Positions 26,070-38,296 of a stretch of DNA of 64,000 nucleotides are shown piece by piece. Source of the DNA: Octopus sinensis (taxonomy: Eukaryota); NCBI RefSeq assembly GCF_006345805.1, contig NC_043018.1:10230001-10294000 (forward strand), in the 5' to 3' direction. A model generated the notes under the pieces. It made no database searches, was not told where the DNA came from, and saw only the letters and a list, made by a program, of their open reading frames with translations. Position 1 is the first letter of the stretch. Each line of letters opens with the position of its first letter. The position numbers were made by a program, and so were the translations under genes.

Positions 26070-27403
26070 CATACATATATACACATATATATACATATAC
26101 ATTACACACATATATATATACACACACAACATACACCATATATATATATACATACTTACACACATGTACAATTATATCACACATAGATAACTCTACGTAC
26201 CTACATATACATAAACACACAGCGTACGCGTATATGTACATATACACATACACATACACATGCATATATATACATACATACATACACCTACACACATAAT
26301 ATACACACACCACACATATACATATATATATATATATACATATAATATATATATATATATTATATATATATATTATATATAACACATACACACACATATA
26401 CATGTGTGCAAACATACATACATACTCATACACGACACACACTTACATATACATATATACACACACTTACAACATATATACATACACATATACATACATC
26501 ATACATACATATGCATACATACACACACACATATATATATACATACATACCATACACATACCTATACATATATATACACACTATATATACACATGCACAT
26601 ACTTATATCTCTACATACTCGCATATACATATATATATATATTTATATACATATACACACACATACATATACCTATATACAGTATATATACACATACTAT
26701 ATATACACATCTACAATTTGTATCTACACTCACATACATGCACATACACATAACTCTACATACCTACATATACATCGACATACTCGCGTACACTCATATA
26801 TATACACATATATACATATACACACACACATACATAACATTACATATATATATATATAAATATATACATAATACACATATACACACACACATATATATAC
26901 ATATATATATATATATATTATATATATATATATATACACACACACACGCACACACATACATATATATATATATGTATATATACATACATACATACACATA
27001 TACATACATGTACATATATATATACATACACATATATATACACACACATACATATATCAACAATTGTAAGTGTATATATATGTATATATATGTATATATA
27101 TATATGTGTGTGTATGTATGTGTGTATGTATATGTATATATGTTTGTATGTGGGTGTATATATGTATACATATGTGCATGGGTATAAGTGAGAATCTCCT
27201 TATTTACCTAAAACTCTATTCCCCTTTTTTTTTTTATATATATATTTTTTTATTTTTTTATTCTTCTATCTAATTTAACACTGACTCCTTGACCACTCCC
27301 CCAAGTACGATATTTTGCGCTATGCCTACCCCCAAAAAGTCCCCCACCAACACCCCTTTAAACCTGCCTAAATGTATAAATGCCAATACAATTCTTGTTA
27401 ACT

Positions 27404-27454
27404 AGCTTCCTGAAGATTTCTCTTGAATGAAACAGTTCTAGTCCTGTAGAAGCT
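27404..27454 (+). ncRNA. Type I hammerhead motif (GUA) in the right TIR
   Basis: AGCTTC-CTGAAGA-TTTC-TCTT-GAAT-GAA-ACAG-TTCTAGTC-CTGT-A-GAAGCT. Confidence 0.75.
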
Positions 27455-28392
27455 CCTTCTATATAATAAATTAATTTTACTCTGCTATGTATTGAGTACC
27501 TTATTTACTGTGGTTAACCCCGAATCAACCCGGGACCTACATATATATATATACATATATACGACGGGCTTCTTTCAGTTTCTGTCTACCAAATCCACTC
27601 ACAAGGCTTTGGTCGGCCCGATGCTATAGTAGAAGACACTTGCCCAAGGTGCCACGTAGTGGGACTGAACCCGGAACCACGTGGTTGGTAAGTAAGCTAC
27701 TTACCACACAACCACTCCTGCACCTCACTTGAAAATAATTTTAAAAAACATTAAAATATTGTCCGTTTAAAGAAAGCTAAAATATAAATATTGTACAAAC
27801 TACTTACATTTTTAAAATCAAATTCACTTAAAAATATTTTTAAATGATTAAAATATTGTGTTTAACAAAAGCGAAAATATAAACATTTACTGTAAAAAAA
27901 CAACTCTTTTTTTTTTTTGTCAAATCACTGTCTAATTGATCCAATCTGATTTAGCAGGATTTCTGAGGCTGGATGCCCTTCCTAATGCCAACCACTCCAA
28001 GAATTTTTTCAGGTGTCAGTTACACAACACAATCTCACTCGGCTTGACCGTTCTTCTCAAGCATGGCATATCACCAAAGGTCTCAGTCACTTAGCATTGC
28101 CTCCAGGAGGCCCAACATTCGAGGATTATGCTTCACCACCTCCTCCCATGTCTACACCTTCCACAGGTTCCTTCCATACTCTTTTACTCTTTTACTTGTT
28201 TCAGTCATTTGACTGCGGCCATGCTGGAGCCCCGCCTTTTTTTAGTCGAGCAAATCGACCCCGGGACTTATTCTTTGTAAGCCCAGTACTTATTCTATCG
28301 GTCTCTATTGCCGAACCGCTAAGTGACGGGGACGTAAACACACCAGCATCGGTTGTCAAGCAATGCTAGGGGAGACAAACACAGACACACAA

Positions 28393-28427
<35 letters not shown>

Positions 28428-28832
28428 CATATATACGACGGGCTTCTTTCAGTTTCCGTCTACCAAATCCACTCACAAGGCATTGGTCAGCCCGGGGCTA
28501 TAGCAGAAGACACTTGCCCAAGATGCCACGCAGTAGGACTGAACCCGGAACCATGTGGTTGGTTAGCAAGCTACTTACCACACAGCCACTCCTGCGCCAC
28601 TCCTGCGCCTTTATATAGATATAAAAATAAATAAATAATTTATCAATATACCTTTTTTCCATTGTTGACTTTGCTTCGTATTCTCTGGACCTAAGTACAT
28701 CATACATTAAGTCAAATCTAATTGTTGGAAATACTATAGGCTCTTCAGTCCTCTTCTGAGACATTATATCTACCTGGACTTATCTCCCAACTTTGATAAT
28801 TATGTGTGTGTGTGTGTGTGTAGTATTAATTA

Positions 28833-29220
28833 GTGGAGGCGCAATGGCCCAGTGGTTAGGGCAGCGGACTCGCGGTCATAGGATCGCGGTTTCGATTCCC
28901 AGACCGGGCGTTGTGAGTGTTTATTGAGCGAAAACACCTAAAGCTCCACGAGGCTCCGGCAGGGGATGGTGGTGATCCCTGCTGTACTCTTTCACCACAA
29001 CTTTCTCTCACTCTTACTTCCTGTTTCTGTTGTACCTGTATTTCAAAGGGCCGGCCTTGTCACTCTCTGTGTCATGCTGAATATCCCCGAGAACTACGTT
29101 AAGGGTACACGTGTCTGTGGAGTGCTCAGCCACTTACACGTTAATTTCACGAGCAGGCTGTTCCGTTGATTCGGATCAACCGGAACCCTCGTCGTCGTAA
29201 CCTACGGAGTGCTTCCACAA
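28833..29220 (+). mobile_element. Chimeric SINE (family C head, family E tail)
   Basis: 10-bp TSD GTATTAATTA; head matches 10275 and tail matches 5236-5400 (reverse). Confidence 0.75.
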
Positions 29221-29554
29221 GTATTAATTAATAGTAGGAGGTGGATTTCAAATTAGTCTTTTATCAGGTGCATGTTTTGACCTATCAGTCTGGGTCGCTT
29301 TAGGTACATTGATAAAGATTTTTTGTGTTGGTTGGCTTGTTGTAAACAAGTTTTCATCTATATATATGCATAAACACATACATGTGTCATCATCATCAGC
29401 ATCATCCTCATCCTCCTCATCCTCATCATCATCCTCCTCATCACTTAGTATCCATCTTCCATGCTGGCATGGACAAGGCAGTTTGATAGGATCCAGCAGA
29501 ACAGTATAAATCATTTGGAAGGAAGTTTCGTGTCGTGCATGTAAACACTTTTGT

Positions 29555-30250
29555 TGTTATGGGAAGACCCGGAAGGACAAGTGAGACCATAACCCGTGGC
29601 CTCTACCTGGGACGTAGCCAGCCCACTTATGCATACCTTTCCTTCTTGTGACACAAACCCTACTTGTGAAGACCTGTCGAGGCAAGTGAAAATCAAAATC
29701 AAAATCAAAATCGATCAACATCAATGAAAATTGTAGCTGTGACACCAGTGCTGGTGGCACGTAAGAGAACCATTCGAACGTGGCTGTTGCCAGCGCCGCC
29801 CCGACTGGCTTCCGTGCCGGTGGCATGTAAAAAGCACCATCCGATTGTGGCTGTTGCCAGCCTCATCTGGCCCCCATGTCGGTGGCACGTAAAAAGCACC
29901 AATCTGACCGTGGCCATTTGCCAGCCTCGTCTGGCACCTGTGTCGGTGGCACATAAAAAGCACCATCTGACCGTGGCCATTTGCCAGCCTCATCTGGCCC
30001 CCATGTCGGTGGCACGTAAAAAGCACCATCTGATCGTGGCCATTTGCCAGCCTCGTCTGGCACCTGTGTCGGTGGCACATAAAATCACCCACTACACTCT
30101 CGGAGTGGTTGGCGTTAGGAAGGGCATCCAGCTGTAGAAACACTGCCAGATCAGACTGGGCCTGGCGCAGCCTTCTGGCTTCCCAGACCCCAGTTGAACC
30201 GTCCAACCCATGCTAGCATGGAAAATGGACGTTAAACGATGATGATGACA
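29555..30250 (+). mobile_element. RTE LINE 3'UTR copy with about 60-bp tandem units and (GAT)n tail
   Basis: Matches the 3'UTRs of the RTE copies at 22370 and 49725; shorter tails at about 1480-1655, 9435-9745, 15040-15335, 32466-32566 and 56232-56350. Confidence 0.85.
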
Positions 30251-30588
30251 TGCTATGGGGTAGCATGCACACACACACACACACTTTCCATCTACCAAAT
30301 CCACACACAAAGCTTTTGGTTGGTCGAAGGCTATAGTAGAAAACAATTGTCCAAGGGGCCATGCAGTGGGACTGAAGGACTGAACCTGGAACCATGTAGT
30401 TCAGAAGCAAACTTCTTACCACACAGCCATACCTGCACCTTTACAATTATTAAATAATTGAAAGATTTCAAATGATCAATAAATTCTTCAAACAATAAAT
30501 GGCTCTTAGTTTTCTACAAGAAAACCAGAAACTTTTTCCATGACAAAAAAAAAAAAAAAAAAGGCAAAGAAGATATTTCTGATCTTAC

Positions 30589-32172
30589 CTCAGAGCGGCT
30601 TCTGCTGATTCTGTTTTACCTGCACTCGTAAACGATTTGTCGGTATCTTTTAATGATTCCAAACTCCGAACTTCTCTGACATCAACCAATTCTTTCGATG
30701 ATCCAGTCGACAGTTTTCCTACGTCTGTTAAACTTGAAGCTTTATCTTGTCTTAGCTTATCAGCACTGATACCCTCACCCAAATACATTCCACTCTTCCC
30801 TGCAGTTCCCGATGATTCTTTGGACAACACTTCTTCACCAGGTTCTTCTTTGGAAATCTGGGAACTGGTCACCAAACTTCTACTACCAATTGGTGTCCCT
30901 TCATAAGATTGGTTTGTGGCACCAACACTTTGCTCAGACGTGACAGAGTCAAACGCTAAGGTTTCTTCACCTTCTCTTTCTCCTATCTCATCACCTTCTT
31001 CAATCCTTGATGCTCCTTCTTTCTCTTTTCCTTCTTCTCCTCTCTCTTCTCTTTCTCTTTCCTCTTTTTCTTTTCTTTCTCTTTCTCTTCTTTCTTCTTC
31101 GCTTTCTATTCCTTCTCCTCTTTCTTTTCTTTCTCTTTCTCTTCTTTCTTCTTCGCTTTCTATTCCTTCTCCTCTTTCTTTTCTTTCTCTTTCTCTTCTT
31201 TCTTCTTCGCTTTCTATTCCTTCTCCTCTTTCTTTTCTTTCTCTTTCCTCTTTTTCTTTTCTTTCTCTTTCTCTTCTTTCTTCTTCGCTTTCTATTCCTT
31301 CTCTTTCTTTTCTTTCTCTATCTCTTCTTTCTTCTTCGCTTTCTATTCCTTCTCTTTCTTTTCTTTCTCTTTCCTCCTTTTCTATTCTTTCTCTTTCTCT
31401 TCTTTCTTTTTCGCTTTCTATTCCTTCTCTCTTTTTTCTTTCTCTTTCCTCCTTTTCTTTTCTTTCTCTTTCTCTTCCTTCTTCTTCGCTTTCTATTCTT
31501 TCTCTTTTCTCTCTTTCTTTTCTTTCTCTTTCTTTTCTTTCTTCTTCTCCTTCCCTTCCTTCTCCTTCTCCTCCCTCCTTTCCTTCTCCTTCCCCTTCCT
31601 CTTTGACTCCTCTCACCAACTGACCCTTCTCTCTATCTTGTAAACTTGCCCCTTTACCTTCTTTGTGAACTCCAATCATCAAAGAATGTCCTTTCTCAAG
31701 CTTTCCCTGTGGTACTCTTTCTCTTCCACTTTTTTCCTCATCGGTTTCACCTATCTTCAATCTATCATGTGTTTCCTTCCTACTGGTAATTCGTTTCTCT
31801 AAATCTTTTGGGACCCCTTTTATCATCATTCCTTTATATTTTCGCCCCTGGGATGTGGTACGCCCAGGAGGAGGAGGAGGTTTCGCTTGCAATTGGTCAA
31901 GGTATTCCACGGTTTGTGCTATTTTTTTCCCTCTCATATTTTGATTTTCTGTCTGTTCCGGCAATAGTTCGTGAAGATTAAGTAGCCTAATATCAGTTGT
32001 TTGTTTTAGAATCGGTCTGCTTTTAGATTCCTCTTCCTCTTCTAATTCTTTCATTTCCTCATCTTTCATTTCCTCACCCCAGTCCTCATCACTTTCTTCC
32101 TGAACATTCTCAGACTGATGTAATTTGCATGTTTGTATATTCATTGGGAACCTCTTTTCAAGATCACTTAAA
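30589..32172 (-). CDS. Large exon (1584 nt, 528 codons, phase 2-2) encoding an acidic region and E/R/K-rich tandem repeats
   Basis: Inside ORF 30585-32270; strong pyrimidine tract plus TAG acceptor (32173-32174), GAG|GTAAGA donor at 30588. Confidence 0.9.
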
Positions 32173-32246
32173 CTATACAAAAAAATAAAAAAGAGAGAAA
32201 AGACAAATATTTTTGAAAAATTTTCTCTGCCCTTTATACATGTTTG

Positions 32247-32982
32247 GGATCTTTTCCTTTTGAACGGCACTTTTCAACACAATTTCTAGCTAAAATCATT
32301 CACTGCGTCTAAAACTGAGACAACATCGTGTCACTGACCCTAACCCTAACCCTAACCCTCACCCTCACCCTAACCCTAACCCTAACCCTAACCCTCACCC
32401 TCACCCTAACCCTAACCCTAAATTTTAGCCTTTCGTTTTTTTTTTCTTAATTGTTAAATTAATTTAGAGCCTGGTGCAGCCTTCTGGCTTCCCAGATCCC
32501 CGGTCGAACCGTCCAACCCATGCTAGCATGGAGAATGGACGTTAAACGATGATGATGATGATGATGTTACGCGTGTGTCTAAAATTATTAGTTTTGAGAT
32601 ACACGTGTATTATTTTAACTATTTTCCTTTGCTTAAGAAAAAAAAAATGAAAGGCTAAAACGAAAATAATGGAAAATAATTTAAACAATTAGCAAACAAA
32701 TAATTCTATAATTTTATACACATGCTTTCCATACGTAAACATAACAGTGACAGGATGTTGTCTCAGTTTTAGACACAGCAAATGATTTTAGCTCAATAAA
32801 GGTGATTGATTGGTTAAAATTCGAAAAATTAAACTACGTTAAACTTACAAATTACAATTTTCTCAAGAAAGCCAAGAGAAAAAAATGTTTTATTTTGAAA
32901 CATTCTACCAGTATACGAAGTTTAAAAGTGTTTAGTTAACTAGAAATTGTGTTGAAAACTGCCGTTCAAAAGGAAAAGATCC
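32247..32982. mobile_element. Merlin-like non-autonomous DNA transposon containing telomeric repeats
   Basis: 8-bp TSD CATGTTTG, 42-bp TIR GGATCTTTTCCTTTTGAACGGC..., subterminal IRs, (CCCTAA/CCCTCA)n at 32338-32420. Confidence 0.75.
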
Positions 32983-33363
32983 CATGTTTGTTGTTGTTGT
33001 TGTTTCTTTTTATCACAGGTTTTGTTGTAACTCCTTGAGTATTGCATGTGTAGTGGGCTTGCTGCCAGAAGCCGACGGTTCCATGCTATCTGTTCTTTTC
33101 AGCTATCTAATACTTTCCTGATTATTCTAGCCATGCCAAAGACGTAAACTTTGTGTAACAGTTCTACTGAGCACTCTATTCTGATTTCCTTTTATAACTG
33201 TTACAAGAGGTTTGCCTCCTTGGCATGGTCAGAATAATAAGGTAACTATTAAATAGTTAAAAAGAACAGAGAGCATTCTACCATAGGCTGCAGACAGCAA
33301 ACCGCTATGCACACAAGACTCCAGGAGTTCCAACAAAATCTGTGATAAAAACATATAATAATA

Positions 33364-33408
<45 letters not shown>

Positions 33409-33597
33409 GTGCCTATAGTAGAAAGGATTATTATTGTTGTTGTTGTTATGATTATTATTATTAATTATTATTATTATTAAAGTGGGGAGCTGGCAGAAAA
33501 AGTAGCACACTGACAAGAATTTTTGCGTCATTTCTCTGTTTTTATGTTCTGGGTTCAAACTCCACCAAGGTCGATTTCGCCTTTCATTCTTTCAGAT

Positions 33598-35715
33598 TTA
33601 AGGGCAGTGTATTTTATTAGACGGGCAGCATATATTATTAAAAAGGCAGTGTATATTATTAGATGGGTGGTGTGTATTATTAGAAGGGCAGTGTATATTA
33701 TTAGAAGGGCAGTGTATATTATTAGAAGGGCAGTGTATATTATTAAGAAGGACAATATATTTTATTAGAAGGCAGATTATATTATTAGAAGGGCAGTGTG
33801 TATTAGTAAAAGGGCAGTGTATATTATTAGAAGGGCAGTGTATATTATTAAGAAGGACAATATATTTTATTAGAAAGCAGATTATATTATTAGAAGGGCA
33901 GTGTGTATTAGTAAAAGGGCAGTGTATATTATTAGAAGGGCAGTGTATATTATTAAGAAGGACAATATATTTTATTAGAAAGCAGATTATATTATTAGAA
34001 GGACAGTGTGTATTAGTAAAAGGGCAATGTATATCATTAGAAGGGCAGTGTATATTATTAAGAAGGACAATATATTTTATTAGAAAGCAGATTATATTAT
34101 TAGAAGGACAGGTGTATTAGTAAAAGGGCAGGTATATATTAGAAGGGCAGTAGTATATTATTAGAAGGGCAGTGTATATTATTAAGAAGGACAATATATT
34201 TTATTAGAAAGCAGATTATATTATTAGAAGGACAGTGTGTATAGAAAAGGGCAGTGTATATTATTAGAAGGGCAATGTATATCATTAGAAGGGCAGTGTA
34301 TATTATTAAGAAGGACAATATATTTATAGAAAGCAGATTATATTATTAGAAGGACAGTTGTGTATTAGTAAAAGGGCAGTGTATATTATTAGAAGGGCAG
34401 TGTTATTATTAAGAAGGACAATATATTTTATTAGAAGGTAGATTATATTATTAGAAGGACAGTGTGTATTAGTAAAAGGGCAGTGTATATTTAGAAGGGC
34501 AGTGTATATTATTAGAAGGCAGTGTATTATTATAGAAGGACAATATATTATTAGAAGGCAGATTATATTATTAGAAGGACAGTGTGTATTAGTAAAAGGG
34601 CAGTGTATATTATTAGAAGGGCAGTGTATATTATTAGAAGGGCAGTGTATATTATTAAGAAGGACAATATATTTTATTAGAAGGCAGATTATATTATTAG
34701 AAGGACAGTGTGTATTAGTAAAAGGGCAGTGTATATTATTAGAAGGGCAGTGTATATTATTAGAAGGGCAGTGTATATTATTAAGAAGGACGATATATTT
34801 TATTAGAAAGCAGATTATATTATTAGAAGGACAGTGTGTATTAGTAAAAGGGCAGTGTATATTATTAGAAGGGCAGTGTATATTATTAAGAAGGACAATA
34901 TATTTTATTAGAAGGCAGATTATATTATTAGAAGGACAGTGTGTATTATTAGAAGTGCAGTGTATATTATTAGAAGGGCAGTGTATATTATTAGAAGGGC
35001 AGTGTATATTATTAAGAAGGACAATATATTTTATTAGAAAGCAGATTATATTATTAGAAGGACAGTGTGTATTAGTAAAAGGGCAGTGTATATTATTAGA
35101 AGGGCAGTGTATATTATTAAGAAGGACAATATATTTTATTAGAAAGCAGATTATATTATTAGAAGGACAGTGTGTATTAGTAAAAGGGCAGTGTATATTA
35201 TTAAGAAGGCAGTGTATTTTATTAGACAGGCAACTTAATAGAAGTGCAGTGTTTATTATTAGAAAGGCAGTGTATATTATTAGAAGGACAGTGTATATTA
35301 TTAAAAGGGCAGTGTATTCTATTAGAAGGGCAGTGTATATTATTAAAAGGGCAGTGTATTCTATTAGAAGGGCAGTGTATATTATTAAAAGGGCAGTGTA
35401 TTCTATTAGAAGGACAGTGTATATTATTAAAAGGGCAGTGTATTCTATTAGAAGGGCAGTGTATATTATTAAAAGGGCAGTGTATTCTATTAGAAGGGCA
35501 GTGTATATTATTAAAAGGGCAGTGTATTCTATTAGAAGGACAGTGTATATTATTAAAAGGGCAGTGCATATTATTAGAAGGGCAGTGTATATTATTAAAA
35601 GGGCAGTGTATTCTATTAGAAGGACAGTGTATATTATTAAAAGGGCAGTGTATATTATTAGAAGGGCAGTGTATATTATTAAAAGGGCAGTGTATTATAT
35701 TAGAAGGGTAGTGTA
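33598..35715. repeat. 2.1-kb minisatellite, 21-bp base unit AGAAGGGCAGTGTATATTATT with higher-order variants
   Basis: Direct reading; explains the repetitive ORFs at 34502-35866. Confidence 0.95.
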
Positions 35716-36379
35716 TATTATTACATATATACATATATGCACACATGTATACATGCATACAGTGGGGGGAAATAAATATTCGTACATGTCAAAATTCTTT
35801 ATTTATTTAATTTTTAATGAAAATAAATGGGATATACCAATACTATATTTGCATACACATGTATAAACTAAAAATATGCAAAAGAAACTAATAAATTATA
35901 GTAACTAAGGAATTTATATTCAATTATAAATATTTAGGGGTGAAAAAAGTATAGGTGATTGGCTGCTATATAGTTTCCATCAACCAAGTTCAGGCACAAG
36001 GTATTTGTTGGTCTGGGATTATTGTTGAAGACTTGCCCGAGGTGCTGCGTAGTAAGACTGAACCCAAAACCCCGTGCTTGCACCGCAGGTTTCTTAACCA
36101 TGGCTATGCCGGGCACTATGCGTTCCCTTCCCTATAGCTTTTAACATTCACTATGATCTGTTCTTAATACACAAACCTTAATTGTAAATTGTAATTGCCA
36201 ACCAGGTGTGGCAGTCCCATAGAGGACGATGCTACTGTTGTTTTTATCCTCTGGTGGAAGGGGCTAAAAGCAACAGTAGAATTGCCCTCTATGCGACCAC
36301 CACACCTAGTTGGCAATGATATTTTACGATTCCATACTGCTACTGTTTACTTCTTGCTCAGAGATTTATTATTGTTTAC

Positions 36380-36471
36380 CTTAATTCTTTTTTTGTAATT
36401 GGTTGTAGTTTCTGCTTGAGTAATAGTTCTGTAACAGCTTGTGGATATTTACTGGTTTTATGTCTGGTCAA
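36380..36471 (-). CDS. Exon (92 nt, phase 0 to 2): LTRHKTSKYPQAVTELLLKQKLQPITKKEL
   Basis: tctgttgtttacttcaAAG acceptor, AAG|GTAAAC donor; supplies the 0-to-2 phase change needed to join 37304 to 32172. Confidence 0.8.
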
Positions 36472-37303
36472 CTTTGAAGTAAACAACAGATTTAATAAGC
36501 ATCAAGGAAATAGATGAAAATTAACATAGGAACTTTTACAAGTGGCTGAGCACTCCACAGACACATGCACCTTTAACATATTTCTCAAGGAGATTCAATT
36601 ACGATGATGTTTGTTCTTTCTCGATCCATCCCTGGCTCATGAGGGCCAGTTTCCCGGTTTCATTGGTGTATGGGTTCCCCACCTGGAGGGAATGCTGGTC
36701 TGTCGCAGGTGAGCTGCAAGATGCAGGAGGAAAGAGTGAGAAAAAGTTGTGGCGAAAGAGTCAGTAGAGGTTTGCCATTACCTTCTGTTGGAGCCGCGTG
36801 GGACTGAAGTGTTTCACTCATAAACACACACATTGCCAGGTCTGAGATTCGAACCTGTGATCCCTCGACTGCGAGTCCGATGCTCTAACCACTAGGCCAT
36901 ATGCCTCCACAAATACGATGATGTGGGTTCCTATTGATCTGGTCAACAGAATGGCCTACTTGTGAAATTAACATACAAGTGGCTGAGCCCTCCACAGACA
37001 CATGTACCCTTAACATAGTTCTCAAAAAGATTCAGGGTGACACAGAATGTGACAAGGTTGGCCCCTTTGAAATTACCGGTACTATTCATTGTTGCGAGCT
37101 GAGTAGATTAAAGCAACATGAAATAAAGTGTCTTGCTCAAGAACACAACACACTGCCAGGAATCGAACTTGGGACCTTATGAATGTGAGCTGATTATCCC
37201 TAACCACTAAGCTACACACCTTCAGGGAATTAAGTGCAAATAACATCTAAAAACAAAAGAAATATTTGCTGATTGAATAATGAAGAACGTTGAATTATCT
37301 TAC

Positions 37304-37441
37304 CTCGCGAAGTGCTTCTTGGAGTTCTGTACCTAATTCAGCTGTCGGCTGAGGAGTTGAAGCTTGCTCTTCAGTCGTTGTTTTGAAACTTAAGTTCCTA
37401 CTATACCTGCGGAGTCTTGTGGGGACAACTTCCATTGGTGG
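37304..37441 (-). CDS. Exon (46 codons, phase 0-0): PPMEVVPTRL...LQEALRE
   Basis: ttcattgttttccctaCAG acceptor, GAG|GTAAGA donor; only frame 0 is open; below the ORF-track cutoff. Confidence 0.85.
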
Positions 37442-37602
37442 CTGTAGGGAAAACAATGAAATTGTGTTATATGGAATATTCTGGTAAATCTTTCTTCTCT
37501 TCTCTACAAACCTTTTATGATTGTACTGATTACTTTTTTTGACATAACCTTATCCAGTTAGCATCTCTCTCTCTGTTTGTATCTCTAACTATTTATCTTT
37601 TT

Positions 37603-37606
<4 letters not shown>

Positions 37607-37674
<68 letters not shown>

Positions 37675-37695
37675 ATCTATCTATCTATCTATCTA

Positions 37696-37741
<46 letters not shown>

Positions 37742-37744
37742 TTA

Positions 37745-37777
<33 letters not shown>

Positions 37778-37792
37778 CTATCTATCTATCTA

Positions 37793-37870
<78 letters not shown>

Positions 37871-38050
37871 ATCTATCTATCTAATCTATCTATCTATCTA
37901 TCAGTCTGTCTGTCTATCTATCTATCTATCCATCCATCCATCCATCCATCTTTCTATCTGTCTGTTTATCTGTTTGTCTATCTATCTATCCATCCATCCA
38001 TCCATCCATCCATCCATCCATCCATCCATCTATCTATCTATTTATCTGTC
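37607..38050. repeat. Compound tetranucleotide microsatellite (TCTA)n/(TCTG)n/(TCCA)n; a similar block lies at 53346-53845
   Basis: Direct reading. Confidence 0.95.
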
Positions 38051-38296
38051 TGTCGGTATGTCTGTCTCTCTACGCATGGGCAATGGTCAGATGTAGCTTT
38101 ACTCGGTCTCAAGTGAACACCCATCATCATATAGAATTAAGAGTTTTCAGTGTCTGTCTTCTGTCTGTTTGTGTACTCAATATATCTCTTTTACTCTTTT
38201 ACTTGTTTCAGTCATTTGACTGTGGCCATGCTGGAGCACCGCCTTTAGCCGAGCAAATCGACCCCAGGACTTATTCTTTGTAAGCCTAGTACTTAC

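Larger units (their letters stand above)
23974..27540. mobile_element. Non-autonomous PLE-like element: TIRs of about 380 bp with hammerheads, microsatellite filler, one-sided 70-bp tail
   Basis: 23974-about 24355 is the reverse complement of about 27080-27470; the element splits a SINE A (23755-23970 and 27541-27722). Confidence 0.8.

Noticed and set aside
24163-27273. Many long Y/I/H/T/C/V-rich ORFs (for example 26402-27187, 261 aa)
   Set aside because: Translations of TA/CA microsatellite; stop-poor by composition, with no splice or domain support.
30916-31623. Plus-strand S/L/F-rich ORFs
   Set aside because: Antisense shadow of the E/R/K exon.
32338-32420. Chromosome end or fusion scar
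   Set aside because: Short tract inside a TIR element with an intact TSD.
34502-35866. 454-aa ORF with ILLEGQC repeats
   Set aside because: Reading of a 21-bp minisatellite; upstream units contain indels, and there is no start context or domain.
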